Of a stretch of 64,000 bases of DNA, positions 39,061 through 52,544 are shown in pieces. The notes under the pieces were generated by a model, which saw only the letters and a list, made by a program, of their open reading frames with translations, had not been told where the DNA came from and ran no database searches. Source of the DNA: Camelus ferus (Eukaryota); assembly GCF_009834535.1 (NCBI RefSeq), contig NC_045697.1, positions 86,244,001 to 86,308,000 on the forward strand. Reading direction: 5' to 3'. The position numbers were made by a program, and so were the translations under genes. How positions within the stretch are numbered: the stretch's first letter is position 1; each line of letters opens with the position of its first letter.

Positions 39061-41557
39061 TCCTAGTTACTTTATTGATTTTCCCCAAACGTTGAAGAGT
39101 TTTGGTCTGTTGTAAACTATATAGTTTTGCTGTTTCCCCTGCGCATGGCACTGAAATGAGTGTAACCCAGTCTCAAGGACACTTCATTCTTTGGCATCCT
39201 GTGTTGTCAGCTGCTGTACTCAGCAATCAATGGAATTGAATATTTGTGTTCCAGTGTGGATAGTTCTCTCACAGTGGTGACTGTCCCAGAACCCCAATTG
39301 CCTACTTCTGGCTTCTTGGGGCTGACAGTTAATTCCTGTAGCCTTGGATGGCTTGGTGACACCAGCTACTAGAACCACCAGTGCTGCTTTTCTTAGTTGT
39401 TATCAGCAGTATTTATAATTGCTATATAATGTTGTTGGTAGCAGTTGCATTTATAATAGCAGCAGCAGCACAGTAACTGCCACATCATTCCAGGGTTTAA
39501 CCTGAGAATCAAAGTCAGATGGTCAAATTTTGGGTAGGGTAAAAAACTCAAGATTTATGAGTTTCTACTTCCCTTCAAATGCACCAGTGTTTTCACGCCA
39601 CATTCTGAGTGTTTGGTGCCTTAGTTGGAGATAAGATGACAAGACAGAAGTGCCAGCAGTTATACACAACACATGAATACAGAATTATACAGAACACATT
39701 AATTTGTTTAATGCCTTCAGGGATTTAGACATATCTAATCAAGCATCTGACCAAAAAAGATGGGAAGTTAGCACTGTCAATCATGTCAAATGGAACACCC
39801 ACTTTTTATTGAAATAATAGTATTTCATATGAAAATTATTAGGTTACATTGATCATATTTCTTTTAAAATATTTTAATGTTTTTAGGATTCTTATTCCAA
39901 TGCCTCAGGTAGCATTAGTTAATATTTAAAATGTAACTCAAGTTGAATATCATCAGTTACCAAAATAAACAATTTCTTTAAAAGTGCCAAGGTTATTAAA
40001 ACAGTTAATAGTAAAAATGTCCTGACTTCCAAAAGCACACATAGAAGCCACCAAATGGGCCCGTCTTCTTATTTTCTGTATTTACAGATGATAAGATATG
40101 CGAAGTTAAGGTTGCTCCTACCTGGTGCAGGGTCTGGCATATGGCACTATCCAATAAACATTTATTGAATTAAATATTGAAATAAATGCTGCTTGGGTCC
40201 TGCTGATAGGTCTTGCAAATGAGTCTCCGTTCTCCCTTATAGAGAGACTGCCCTTGTCATCCTCAGAACTACTAATCTGGTTTCCACTGCCCATCATCCA
40301 TCAGACATGTCTGGACTCAAACCACAGAAAGTGTTCAGTGTTTTTCCTAAGCAGCTGCTCAGACCCTGTGCAAGTCAGTGGTTCAGAAAGATGGATATTG
40401 CCTATTTCCTGTGTTTCAGCCCAGCCAGAAAAACTTGTTATAGATGGAGTGATGCTAACATTCAGGCCTTCTGTAACTGATAAGAAAAGTGTAATTCTTG
40501 CTAAGGATTGTGATTCAGGAAATCAATAGAAATGTGGTTCCAGTCGAGGCAGATGTGAGCTACTGGGCTGTCTGCACAGAGGCAGGGTTGGAAACTAGTG
40601 GGCACCGAAGTGGCTGGTGAGGCCACCACGGGCATGGCATGGTTAGGCTGGGTGTGGTGGCAGGAGGGACACATTTCCTCACCTGTCATTCACACACAGA
40701 GAACAAGGCCACCTCTGCACAGCCGCTTCTTTTCAACGTGAGAATTTTGAAACCATCTGACAAGCCAATCAGGGAAACTAGTTGATAGTCTTTGCTTCCT
40801 TCCCTAGGGTTGAGAGTTTATTAAAGGCCACAGAAAAGGGGCAGAGATCAGGAGAATGAATTTGAGGGAACGTCTTCAGATTGAGAGAGAGCCAAATGGT
40901 CCGGACGTTGGGAATTCCAGCAAGCTGGGAAAAGGAAGTGATGCTGTTTCATTTACTGGTGTAACATAAACCTCAATAAACAGTCATATCTCAAAGCAGA
41001 ATGTACCTTATACTCCCTCCCCACTTCCACTCTGGATAAATATGATGGGGGGGGAAGAAAGCCAGGGAGTAACCTTTAAATTCTCAGGATACAGGGTACA
41101 AATCGTAATCTACTCTATTTTCATTTTGCTAGAATAAAGGAAATAAAAACTTTTTTACAGTTTAAAAAGTTTAAAAATGGACAAAGTGACTGAACACTAG
41201 AGTGGCTTATTGAAGAAAGAGGCAAAACAGGAGAAAAATTCAGTTATCTTAGGTCAAAGGACCCATCAGGCAGGGCAGATCGTAGGCGACATACCCAGAT
41301 CTGTGAGAATCTCTACCCTTGCAGAAGAATTGTAAGGAGCACTGACCATATGAGCATCAGTCTTTCCAATGAGCTTTGCTGTATTATTAGGGGAATGAGA
41401 ATGAAGACATAAAATGTCCAGGACTCTGAGAAATGTGTACCTGACTGTTATGGCTCACATATGACTCCGTTTCACTCTGATGGATCCTGTGGTCCTTGCT
41501 AAGGACCCTTTGCTGATCCAGAAGCACATGCCTCACACCACCCCTCCCTTTCTCAAG

Positions 41558-41654
41558 ATTCATAATTAGACTTGCATCCAGCCTGGCCTCTGAAAGAGAC
41601 CTGCTGAGCGACATGGGATGTGCAGAGAGCACAGCTGAGAAACAGATCGAGCAG
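41558..41654 (+). other. Candidate 97-nt exon (coding status unknown), overlapping a CTCF-like motif
   Basis: Branch-like ctcac, polypyrimidine tract and AG at 41556-41557; open frame FIIRLASSLASERDLLSDMGCAESTAEKQIEQ; weak donor CAG|gtggct; protein not recognised. Confidence 0.22.
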
Positions 41655-41909
41655 GTGGCTCGGGTCATCGAGCTCAGCCTTGCCAAGGGATGCACAGGAC
41701 CAGAGAGACTATCATTTACTGGAATGAATCTTTCTGGGCTACATGGACTTGATTTTTCAGTGTTTATGAAAGTACCTCACAGGGAGAGGGAAAGCAATTA
41801 ACTACCAGAGTAATCTTAAATAGCAGCATTTAAAAACTCAGGATAACAAAAACAGGGCAAAGTGGATGTCATCGATGAATCCCTAGGGCAAGAGCAGAAA
41901 TGAACACAC

Positions 41910-42081
41910 TTTTTTTTTTTTTAACATTTTTTATTGATTTATAATCATTTTACAATGTTGTGTCAAATTCCAGTGTAGAGCACAATTTTCAGTTATACAT
42001 GAACATATATATATTCATTGTCACATTTTTTCTCTGTGAGTTACCATAAGATCTTGTGTATATTTCCCTGTGCTATACAGT
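41910..42081 (-). mobile_element. Short, relatively young L1 3' end
   Basis: Poly(T) + aacattttttattgatttataatcattttacaatgttgtgtcaaattccagtgtagagc...gctatacagt; TSD-like acact(t/c)tttt on both sides. Confidence 0.85.
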
Positions 42082-42315
42082 ACACTCTTTTAAAGTGATT
42101 AGAAAGTATTTATGAGATGCCTTCTATTTGCTCAACACTTGGGGATTAAGAAACTCATTTAAAACATGATTCCATGCCTCAAGGAGATCGTAGGACTTAT
42201 ATTTAAGACTTATTTTTAAAGCATTTTAAGATCATAGGATTTATATTTAAGACTAATTTATGAAAGCACTTTAAGTGTACAAGACAGGTATGTTTACAAG
42301 TGAGTGGGTTACATG

Positions 42316-42489
42316 CAGTGGTGTATGGGTAAGCCAGCTCTCCTGCAAAACAGATAACTCTGATTTGTAATGTTTGTCAATTCCTGTGGCGCACATCCTC
42401 CCACCATAACCATCACTGAATGCAGAGTTGGAAAGAGATGTGCACGATTGTCTCTCACAAGTCAATCCAAGACAGCACCTCACACATTG
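42316..42489 (+). mobile_element. hAT MITE (MER63A-like)
   Basis: cagtggtgt...cacacattg imperfect terminal inverted repeats; tcactgaatgcagagttggaaagagatgtgcac shared with the copy at 58.7 kb. Confidence 0.65.
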
Positions 42490-42532
42490 GTCATGTGTCT
42501 TCATGTACAACATCGTAAATGATGTTATTTTA

Positions 42533-43067
42533 TATATTTTTTACTTTTAGCACTAACTTTAAAATTTTTTTTTAGTTGAAGTATAGTTGATGTGCAATAT
42601 TTTGTTACAGGTGTATACTGTAGTGATTCACAATTTTAAAAATTATACTTCATTTATAGTTATTATAAAATATTGGTTATATTCTCTGTGTTGTACAGTG
42701 CATCCTTGTAGCTTATTTTCTACACAATAGTTGCACTTCTTAACCCCTCTACTCCTCTATTGTCCTGCCCCCTGCCTTCTCCCCACTAGTAACCACTAGT
42801 TTGTTCTTTGTATCTGTGCCTTCTTTTTTGTTGTATTCACTAGTTTATTGTATTTTTTAGATTCCCCATATAAGTGATATCATGTAGTATTTGTCTTTCT
42901 TTGTCTGATTTATTTCACTTAGCATAATATTCTCCAGGTCCATCCATGTTGCTGCAAATGGCAAAATTTCATTCTTTTTATGGCTGAGTAGTATTCCATT
43001 CCATATTTTTATATATATATAAATACCACATCTTCTTTATTCTTCATCTGTTGATGGACACTTAGGT
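42533..43067 (-). mobile_element. 5'-truncated L1 3' UTR
   Basis: L1 3' UTR motifs; ~15-bp TSD taaatg(a/g)tgttattt at 42516-42530 and 43068-43082. Confidence 0.9.
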
Positions 43068-45544
43068 TAAATGGTGTTATTTAGATTGTCGGTGTCCTGG
43101 ATGTCTGGAACAGGAGGGTCAGCCAGTCAGACTCCTATTGGGAAGGGCTTAATGCTAGAAAGGAGGATTTAAACAGGAGAAAGTCTTTGTATGTTGAACT
43201 CTTAAAAGATAAGGCTGTTTGTTTTATTCTCCCCACCTCTCCACACCTTGACACAGCCTCTGGATCTAGTAGATACTCAATAAAGAAATGTTTACTGAAT
43301 AACAGAAACAAATGGTTAGACTGAAAGCAATGGGAAGGTTTTTTGAAGCAAAATATTTTTTCTTAAAAAACAAAAATAAAGTCAGAGTGACCACAGCAAG
43401 TATGACCAAACATTAATACGTATTAAAGTTCTTGGTAGATGAATATATCTGGTTATTACATATTTTATTTTCTGCTTTCTTCTGTATATTCTGACATTCT
43501 GAAATATGTCATAATAAAAGTTACTTAAATCTTTTTTAAAAGCTGATTCAAAAAGGGAATTATCTGAACAAAGTCACCGAAATAGGAATGAGCACAATCT
43601 GGTGGGTGCTGAGTAGACACTTTGAACTGATCAGAGTGTGGGAGGGGACAGCAAAAATCAAGACTGAGTGTAAGAATGTGGATGAATGGGAGTCTCACCC
43701 CAGTTAACTGCTGCCTTCCACACTGCTGCTTTTGGGCTACTGAAGAACTCAACCCATTCTTTATCCTTAGAATCGTCATTCATTTGTTAGATTTTGAACT
43801 TCCATATTTGTGGGGGGAAATTATTAACAATAATCAAAATTGTAATTAGATGGGGAGGGAAATAGTTCATCGTATTTCATAGGGAAATGGACAGCTTAAA
43901 TAAAAACATTTGCTAGTGTGAAATGAAATCAGTGGTATCAAGTGGTGTTTATTAATGCAGCTGCCTCCGTATTGAATACAACCCAAGTTGTCCAAGCCCC
44001 CTTTCCTGCCCTAAACGCACGTATATTCTGAAGCAGCCTAAAATAGCATCCAGTTGGGCAAATGTGTAGAATGGAATGGCATAGAGTCCCCTGAATTAGA
44101 GTTCAGTGTTCTATTCATTGCCTAAAACAAAGAATAAATCATACGTAAATTTACACTCTGTTGGAAGTCTTTTGTGGATAAAATGAAAGAGGACTTGCTG
44201 TAATAATCACAGCAAGCTGGCATTCAAGGCAGTGGGAAAAAATATAGAAGAGGGCATTCTCCACTTCACTTTGTATATTTCACATCTCTTTGTTAGCATC
44301 TTGTAGTATTAAATAGCAGCTTAGAAAATAACCTAGAGCACAAAAGATCTCAGAAAACATTCACTGTATTTTCAGTGCACTCTAAGTAATGCATTTAGCA
44401 CCCTACAGATATGCCATCAAATTACAGTAATAGGAAAACAACAACAAATGCTTGCCTAAACATAGGATTTCTAAAATTGAGGATGGGGCTTAATTTGTGC
44501 TTTCAGGCCCTTATTATCTAAAGCTTGCTTAGATTAGCTACATTAGAATCTGTATTCAAATACAGGCTACCGCGGTAGCTGTCTATTAAGCAAATGGGGT
44601 CCCAAATTAATCATCAGAAAAAAATCTCCAAAAAGGGGGATTGATAAAAAGTTTACCGAACATAGTCAGTATGCATCTGGGACACATTTTAGTGACAAAC
44701 AGTCGTTTGGAACACACTATGCTGTTCTGTGTTTTCCTCATAGAGTCCTTGTCCAAGCTGAACCCTATTAAAATGCTCACCAGTCTTCTTTGTACCTTCA
44801 TACATAGTCATTTCCCCCTTTTTAGACTCTCTGGGTTTGCCTTTATGAAATTTTTAGACTATCTCATGGAATAGAATTTTACCAGTTATTATGGAATTTC
44901 CTTGCTTGGTTTTAGTGTAACTTTGGTTTATGGAATCATTACTTTGTATACTCAACTTACCAGTCATCCATAGATTCTCACTCTCCCATCCCTCCACCCC
45001 CATTTTTAGTTGTGACCTAAGAACCAAGACCTTCCTTCCAAATATACACACAGAATAAAGCCATATCCATCAGATGTGGACAATCTTAGACACAGAATTT
45101 ACATATATCTCACTCATGTGAATCAGTAGTCAGGCATAAATTACAGAAAGCAAGAACCTAGTCTGTTTTTCATACATTTCCAGGGAGAGATGAATTTTCA
45201 GATTCCAGAATTATATGACAGGGAAGTCAAAATGACAACTCTCTCTCTGAGTGTTAAATATTCGTTGAAAAGCTTTTTAAAAACACAGTTCAGTATTTCT
45301 TTACTGACTCACTGTTAATAAAATTACGAGTAGTGATTGGAGTCCTTGATTCCTTATAATGGCACTTCACATTTGTTATAACCCTAAAACACCTTTAGAG
45401 TGCTATGAGCAGTTTTCTGGAAATATGAAAATGTGCTATTCCTAATACATTAAGCTACTTATCGCTACCAACCATCAGCAGGATTTACTCAATCATTATT
45501 TATATATTCGTGCCCAAATGATGTTGATTTATCCACTTTCTTCT

Positions 45545-46065
45545 TTTCTTTTTATTGTGATAATGAGATTTATTCTCTTGGCAGATATTTAAGTGTATAA
45601 TACGGTATTGTTATCTATAAGCACAGTGTTGTGCATCAGATCTGTAGAATCTACACATCCTGCAAAGCTGAAGCTTTATACCCTTGTATTAGAACCTCTC
45701 CATTTCCCCCTCCTCTCACCCTCAGCCCCTGACAACCACCATTCTATTCTTTTATTTTTCTGTGTCTGTGATTCTGTTTCTGGTTTTTTTTTAATTTTTT
45801 AAAAGTTGAAGTATAGTTGGTTTACAATGTGTTAATTTCTAGTGTACAGCATGGTGATTCAGTTGTGTATATATATTCCTTTTCACATTCTTTTTCATTT
45901 AGGCTGTTACAAGATATTGAATACAGTTCTCTGTGCCATACAGTGGGACCTTGTTGTTTATCTGTTTTATATATAGTAGTTAATATCTGCAAATCCCAAA
46001 CTCCCAATTTATTCTATTCTTTACTTCTATTCTATTTTTACTTCTAGGAGTTTGACTATTTTAGG
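45545..46065 (-). mobile_element. Older L1 3' end with a nested younger L1 3' end (45753-46010)
   Basis: 12-bp TSD attctattcttt at 45741-45752 and 46011-46022 flanks the inner copy; outer copy resumes with ttctaggagtttgactattttag. Confidence 0.8.
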
Positions 46066-47368
46066 GACTTTCTCACCTCAATATCTGCACAGGTTAGGCA
46101 AGGATAGCACATAGAATTATTTTTAAAAGCAGCTATACTTGGTCTGGAATTTTAAACTGACGTGTGTTTTATACTGTCCTGGTTTTCCCACATGTTGAAC
46201 TAGTACACCCGAGAGAAACTGTATAGAAACCAGCCAAGTTTGATGACAGAGGAGTCCTCACGTATAGCAAGTCTAAAATTTCATTAAGCGGTGTTTGGGA
46301 TGCTGTTAATGTCATTACTGTAATACAAACATCAAAGAAAATCAGATCACACACTCAGGGAAATCGTTCTCTGCTGGAAACCCTGTTAGCTGACTTCAAT
46401 TATGCCGTGCTTTCCCTTGCTCAGAAGGCTGTGTCAGCCCCATTATCTCTCTAAATCGCCTGCTTAATCAAAGTGCACACATTTGAAACTCATCAAATTA
46501 AGTAAAATAAAATTCAAATCTTGTTCTTGTTTGGGTTCAGATTGTAGCAATATCAAAGTTACTCTGATTGCTGGAAGTGTGTCTATGGACAGTGGTTAAG
46601 AAGATAAATAAGACTGAATCAGAATTAGAAACAGAGCCTTTCTGATGGGAAGCTGATAGGCTCTAAAGTAGATGTTTCTTTCAGGATTAACATCTATTTT
46701 TTAAAGTACAACCCAGGATTTGTTGAATTCCCTCCATCATATTCCTGAAAGGAAAACATAATCACAGAATATTTGTATCATTTTTTATTTTCAGTTTTGT
46801 TATGAATGAGAAATGTTAACCATATTGAAAAGTACAGAATAGCGAAGACACACAAACCCATCACAATGGTAAAATAGTTTTTACCATTTGGGCATATTTG
46901 TTTCATAAATTTAAGTATTTTGAAACAAGTTATGGACATAAGGATGCTTCACCCTTAAATACTTCAGTATACATCCCTGAAAAACCAGGATATTTTCCTA
47001 AAATCCACAATTTCATTAAGACACCTTATGAAAGTAACCATTTTTCCTTAATTACATTTAATTTACAAATAATATTCAACTTCTCTCCATTGTCCCAAAG
47101 AAGTTCTTCAGAGCTGGACAGGAAGTGCACTTTCAAATATCACCAGTCCAACTTTTAATATAAATGTATTTGTGCATATCTTCAAAAAATTTAAGGATAC
47201 ATATATAACTTTCAATTATATTTAAAATGGGCCAAAGAAAGAAATTCACTACATTATATTTCAAGCATTCTTAGGTTAGATTTATCAAACATTTCTAAGC
47301 ATTTAATTCAAAATATTTTTACTCTTTTTGTTTTACTTTCTACAAAACTGCTGTAAGAAGCTAAGGAT

Positions 47369-47490
47369 GGGAGGGTGGGTATAGCTCAGTGATAGAGCAT
47401 GTGTTTAGCATGCATGAGGTCCTGGGTTCAATCCCCAGCACCTCCATCAAAAATAAATAAACCTAATTACCTCCTCCAACAACAACAAAA
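47369..47490 (+). mobile_element. tRNA-Ala-derived SINE (vic-1-like)
   Basis: gggtatagctcagtgatagagcatgtgtttagcatgcatgaggtcctgggttcaatccccagcacctcc + aaataaataaacctaattacctcc + A-rich tail. Confidence 0.92.
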
Positions 47491-48579
47491 AGCCAAGCAG
47501 ATGATGAGCAGAAATGCTTTCTACTGCTAAATGAGTGGGAAAACTTGCTCACTATCTCAAAATTTATGAAACAAGTTTAGAAACAAATTTGAAAGTAAAA
47601 CAGCTTGAATGCTGAAACATTATAATCAACCTTAATATAATATATGTCAGTCCAAAATGTTGATTATGGAAGTAACTTGAATAATTCGGTAAGTCTTGTG
47701 TAGACCCCACTGATTTCACTAGCAGGGACAGAAAGGAGCTTTTAATGACACACTTGGCTGACTTTGCTGTGTCCACTGAGAAGTATTCAGGAAAGCCCCA
47801 CCACTTGGCGGGGCCTCATACCCGTGAGGCACGTATATATGCATTTGCCAGGCACAGCTGGGCAGAGAAAAATTGGATGTGTCACCCAACAGGTTCCTCC
47901 TAGTGGGCCCACAGCATGAAAACATAGATAGCTATCCAAGGCAGGCCTAGGAACTTGTGCTGCAGGTGAGAATGTTTCCTGTCCACAGCAACGAATTCCT
48001 CGTCGTTGATCCATCAACTGTGTCAATAGTTTTGTTTCCTTCAAGTATATAGGTAACCAGATTTTGCAGAAGACACTAAACAAGAATATTCAAATTGTGG
48101 TTTTATGTACTGAGATCTTTTATCTATTTGTGATATTCAGTAATGATATGGGCTATAATTCAGAAAAGAGAGGACTTACTGTTAGCTTGGGCAAGATAAA
48201 TATTTCCGTAAGAAAAGTATTTCAAGCTTTAAAGTGCTCTTAAATAAGGATATACTGCTTCTGGTATCATCCTGTGAGATGGTAGAGCAAAGATTTCCAA
48301 GTATGAGTTCCTCATAATATTTCAATAACTCCAGAAAAATGAGAAAAATAAGGGCAGTACTGTGAGTTTTTAAAGTGAACTTAAATTTACTAAAATTAGA
48401 GAACCAGCCTCTAGTCTGAGATTTTCTTTTCATTGTGTGTGTATGTGTGTGTCTGGTGGTAAATTTTAGCTTCTTCCATGAGATGATGATAGTTGATGAT
48501 AGAATTTTAATGTCCACAATTTAAAATTCATAACCCACAATTTAAAATTCATAACCATAACCGTATTTAAAAAGTATTC

Positions 48580-48830
48580 TGTGTTTGGTTATCTATTGCT
48601 GTATAACAAACCACCCCGCAAGTCAGGGTCCTTAAACAATGATCCTTCCTTTGCTCTTGATTCTGTGATCTGGGTAGGACTTGGTGGGAAGAGCTTGTCT
48701 CTGCTCCGTATGACAGCTAAGTGGCCCACCTGGGCTAGAGGATCCCTTCCCAAGCAGGTTCACTGCAGTGCTAGGTGCTGTCTGTCAGCTGGGATCTCAG
48801 GTGGGGCGGTGGGACTGGCGTTCCTCTAGA
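48580..48830 (-). mobile_element. MaLR LTR fragment (MLT1)
   Basis: gttatctattgctgtataacaaaccacccc...cttaaacaatga. Confidence 0.7.
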
Positions 48831-48849
48831 CAGAGTGGTTAGCGTGGAC

Positions 48850-49260
48850 ATGTGACAAGAATTCTGGCCAAAGAGTTACAAAGAGTTACCCTCTTGGAGT
48901 GAGGTGAGGAGGGAGTTTCAGGAAGAGTTTATTCACTCCTAAAAGAGATATATAGGAAAAGGTGTTTTTTTGTTTTGCTGGATGTTGCCATATCTCCAGG
49001 TGATACCGTAAAACCATGACAGCCGTCATAAAACCAGGAGGGAAATGAGCCTGAAAACAAAGCACACTGAGGTTGGCAGCGCATAAAGATGGAAGGAACT
49101 TGGGTCCTTGATGGAGTCACTGGGCTGTTTGAATTAACTATCCTTGGACCCACCCTATCTAGGAACCAATTTTGTGAAATGAATTTTATTCACTCTTTAA
49201 ACATGTAGGGTCAGGGTTTTTTTTCCTTTTACTTACAGCCAAAAACATTTCAACTGATAA
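48850..49260 (+). mobile_element. Old MaLR LTR (MLT1J/K-like)
   Basis: aaagatggaaggaacttgggtccttgatgg...ttacttacagccaaaaacatttcaactgata. Confidence 0.65.
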
Positions 49261-52200
49261 TCTATGTTTTGTTGCTTAAGCCAACACTTGCATAAAAAAC
49301 AAGAAACGAAAGCCCAGAAACATCAAGTGTCTAGAATGAGGATAATTTTACAATACTGAAGAACAGGAACAAACCAACATATGAGAGATACGTTCCAAGA
49401 AGTTACTTAAAAAATAGTTGGTCGTTGTTAACTACACTAGATAGTATTGGATCATATCCCCTTTTAATTTCATTCAATCCTTCTATTTGGTCTAGAAGAA
49501 ATTCTCACTTTAATTCTAGAATGTCTTTAACATCTAAGAGTTTCTTGCCTAAATTTTTAACAAAGAGAGAGTTAGCCTCAGGCTCAAAGCAATAGGCAGA
49601 CAATGGTATCTGACTAGAATTTAATTTAGAGTTTAATTAGAATTTAATAATGTCACTTTGCTTTAGTTGAATTTACTTTTACAGTTACATTCTATTAATG
49701 GCAAATGATACTGGGGGTTTTTATGGTAATAACAAAGTTTTCAGGTTTTAAGTAAAAATTATTTAAAGATAAATGTTAAGTACATATTACAGCAGCTGGG
49801 GCATGGATATGGTAAACATTATGAAGGTGGCCCAGGGACAGCTGGAGTTCAGGAAACACTAGCCTAGGATGTTTGATAGTGCAGAGAGGGTGCAGGAGCC
49901 CTGCAGATACCGTGGCTGCCAGCTGGAACGTGGCTTTCCATTGAGACTATTTACTGGGATCTTTTTCAAATTTTATCTCAGATGGATTTTCCAGGATGAA
50001 TTATCTCTGAACATGGCATTCCCAGCTTATCTACTGCATTTCCACAGCTGCACCCTTGTCCTGGTTTTACTAAATCATTTGTTCCCTGGGTTTTGTTGCC
50101 TCTGTGACAAAGAATTGGAGTGTCATGCCCTTGCTTGGACTTTTTCTAAGGAATATTATCAGCACCTTTCCTTACCATATACTTCTACCCTTCACCCAGC
50201 TCTACCATTTATTAATTCCAGACCCTTATTCATTCTTATCCCTTTAAAAGGCATGTACTCATCTTCCCTAACTCTACCCACCAAAGTCCTGCCCATCCTT
50301 CAAGGACCAGCTAAAAAGCCAGTCTCTCCATAAAGACTTCTCAAATCTTTCTGCAATAAGAATTAATCTCTTCTACCATAGCACTCTTTGAAAGCACTAA
50401 TAAAAACATATTTCACAACCTGCCTTATGGATCGAGTAGATAGGGGGGTCCTCAAAAATAAGGAATTTGTCTCAATTATCTTCATCTAATTAGTAAATAC
50501 CTAAAAAAGATTTATTAAATTTATTGGACCAGAATCAAGTCATGTTTTATTTTCTTTTTTCTTTTTCTTTTATTTTTTCAAATCTTGTTTTAAATTAGTT
50601 TGAAATAATCTTGTAATTATTTTGAAATCCTACTCTGTCCTTTTTGTAATAATGTTTACTTTATGTTTTCTCAAAAAATGGATCAAAGAATCTTGAGGCA
50701 TTATGTCACGATAAAAGGATATCATTTTAACTATCCAAGGACAAATTTATTCCATTTTGGAAGACATCCAGAAATGTTGAGTTATCTTTCTTAGAAACAC
50801 ATCCCAGTTTTCTGCATCTTTTATTCACAGGAAGCTTTTCCTCACATTGAACCTTAACGTTTCAGTTTAATTTGTTTCTTATTGTTCTAGTCGCACAGTC
50901 TCCATAAGAAACAGCTGGCCACCATCCACTTCATTTGCTCCCATTGCAGCCAAAAGTCTGCAGCCCTAAGTAGCCTCTAGAAAACACACAGATTTCCCTT
51001 TTTAATCAAGAGTCAGTAGACATCCCATACTAGCAGGGTAACTTAAGTTTTTCTCTCTCTCTCCTTCTTTTATGTGATTTGCATGGTAAACTTCTTTAAA
51101 CAGAGAGTTCCTAAGATTACCACTGAGAGGGCAGTATCTTTTAGAGAGGAAATTTGAAGAGAGACTCTATTATACTGTATTCGAGGAAGTAAAGGGATCA
51201 AAGTTAGTTTGTAGAAAAGGAATGTGGCAATTTAATGAATTCAAAGAAATGTTCACAGGTCACCAATATGATGTGAAAAAATATGTTGAGGGAGGAACTG
51301 CAGAAAGTTTACATTCTCGTGACCCCATAAGTGAAGTGATTCAAGTCCTCAGCTGAAGTTTGGCCCAAGGAGAAGAGGGTCCATTTGAAGGTTAACTGGG
51401 CATACATCATTCCTGGACACCCTACCAGCAGGACCGACTCCTCACTGTGATGACAGTATAAGGAGAAAAATGTATGCAAATTAATAAATAGTAATTAGAG
51501 GTGGAGCCATACATAGTCTGCTTTAGTGAAAGATTTTGGGAAGAGTTGGGAGGAAGAGGAGATTAAGTATGAGGTCATTAGAGAAGGAATCAGAGTTGTA
51601 TACAAAACAGTTAAAGTAAGGAAACACTCTCAGGAGAATGTGGGGAAAGCACTCCCCTCTGACTGTTCTCACTGACTAGTTGAAACCAGTGTAGGTAATA
51701 AAGGATAGAGTTGTATATTTATCTGTCTTCTCTCTTCTAACCATTGGCATCATTGACTAGAATGAACTTAAAACAGAAAAGTGGGGAAAGCTCTGTCTCC
51801 TGATAACCACTGTAATTTTATTTGGACTTAATGCAATTGAAACAGTTGGCAGTTTAGATCATTTTGCCTGCCCAGGAAACTTGGAACCTCCCAGAGCAGA
51901 GGAAGTAGAAATGGGAGTCAAAACAGATGAGTCATAAAAAGAGTGTATGGATAAGAGGAAATAAGAATGTGATCTATCATTTGTTGTTTGATAAAATTAT
52001 AGAGTTGAACAGGCTTCAAAAATTTATTGAACTGATTTTTCAAATTTGCTTTAAATTTTACTTAAATATTATAGGTAAACAATTATTATGTGTTTATTCA
52101 ATACCCTGCAATATTTATCGATTAACTCATTAGAAGAGTTAACAGATACAACGCTCTTAGAACAGTGCCTGGCACCTGGACTCAGATGAGGTTAGGCATT

Positions 52201-52509
52201 AGTCTTGGTGGCTCTTATTCAGTGTAATGCATTCGGCTAGGTGCTGTGGGATACAGACAGAGGGTAAAAGACATGGGCCTGAGCTTTTGGAGTTTAAATC
52301 TAAGGGCTCCATGGAAGGCAATTCTATAACTTCTCTAGTCATACACTCTACTGTAGGAGTCCCCAAAGCATTGAGCTTGACATCTGTCCACTTTCTCCCC
52401 ATCATACACCACCCTGAAAGTGGAGAGACTTTCCTAAGAGGGAGGAGATCACAGGCTACACCTCTCCCCATCCTATTTCTCAGCAATTTTACAACCACCC
52501 TTCTCCCAG

Positions 52510-52542
<33 letters not shown>
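52510..52542. repeat. (CA)n microsatellite
   Basis: Directly visible. Confidence 0.95.

Positions 52543-52544
<2 letters not shown>

Noticed and set aside
40302..40313. Palindrome CAGACATGTCTG (p53 half-site / SMAD-like)
   Set aside because: No adjacent second p53 half-site; expected by chance
49869..50333. 154-aa + strand ORF
   Set aside because: No recognisable homology; the 3' part runs into L2-like sequence
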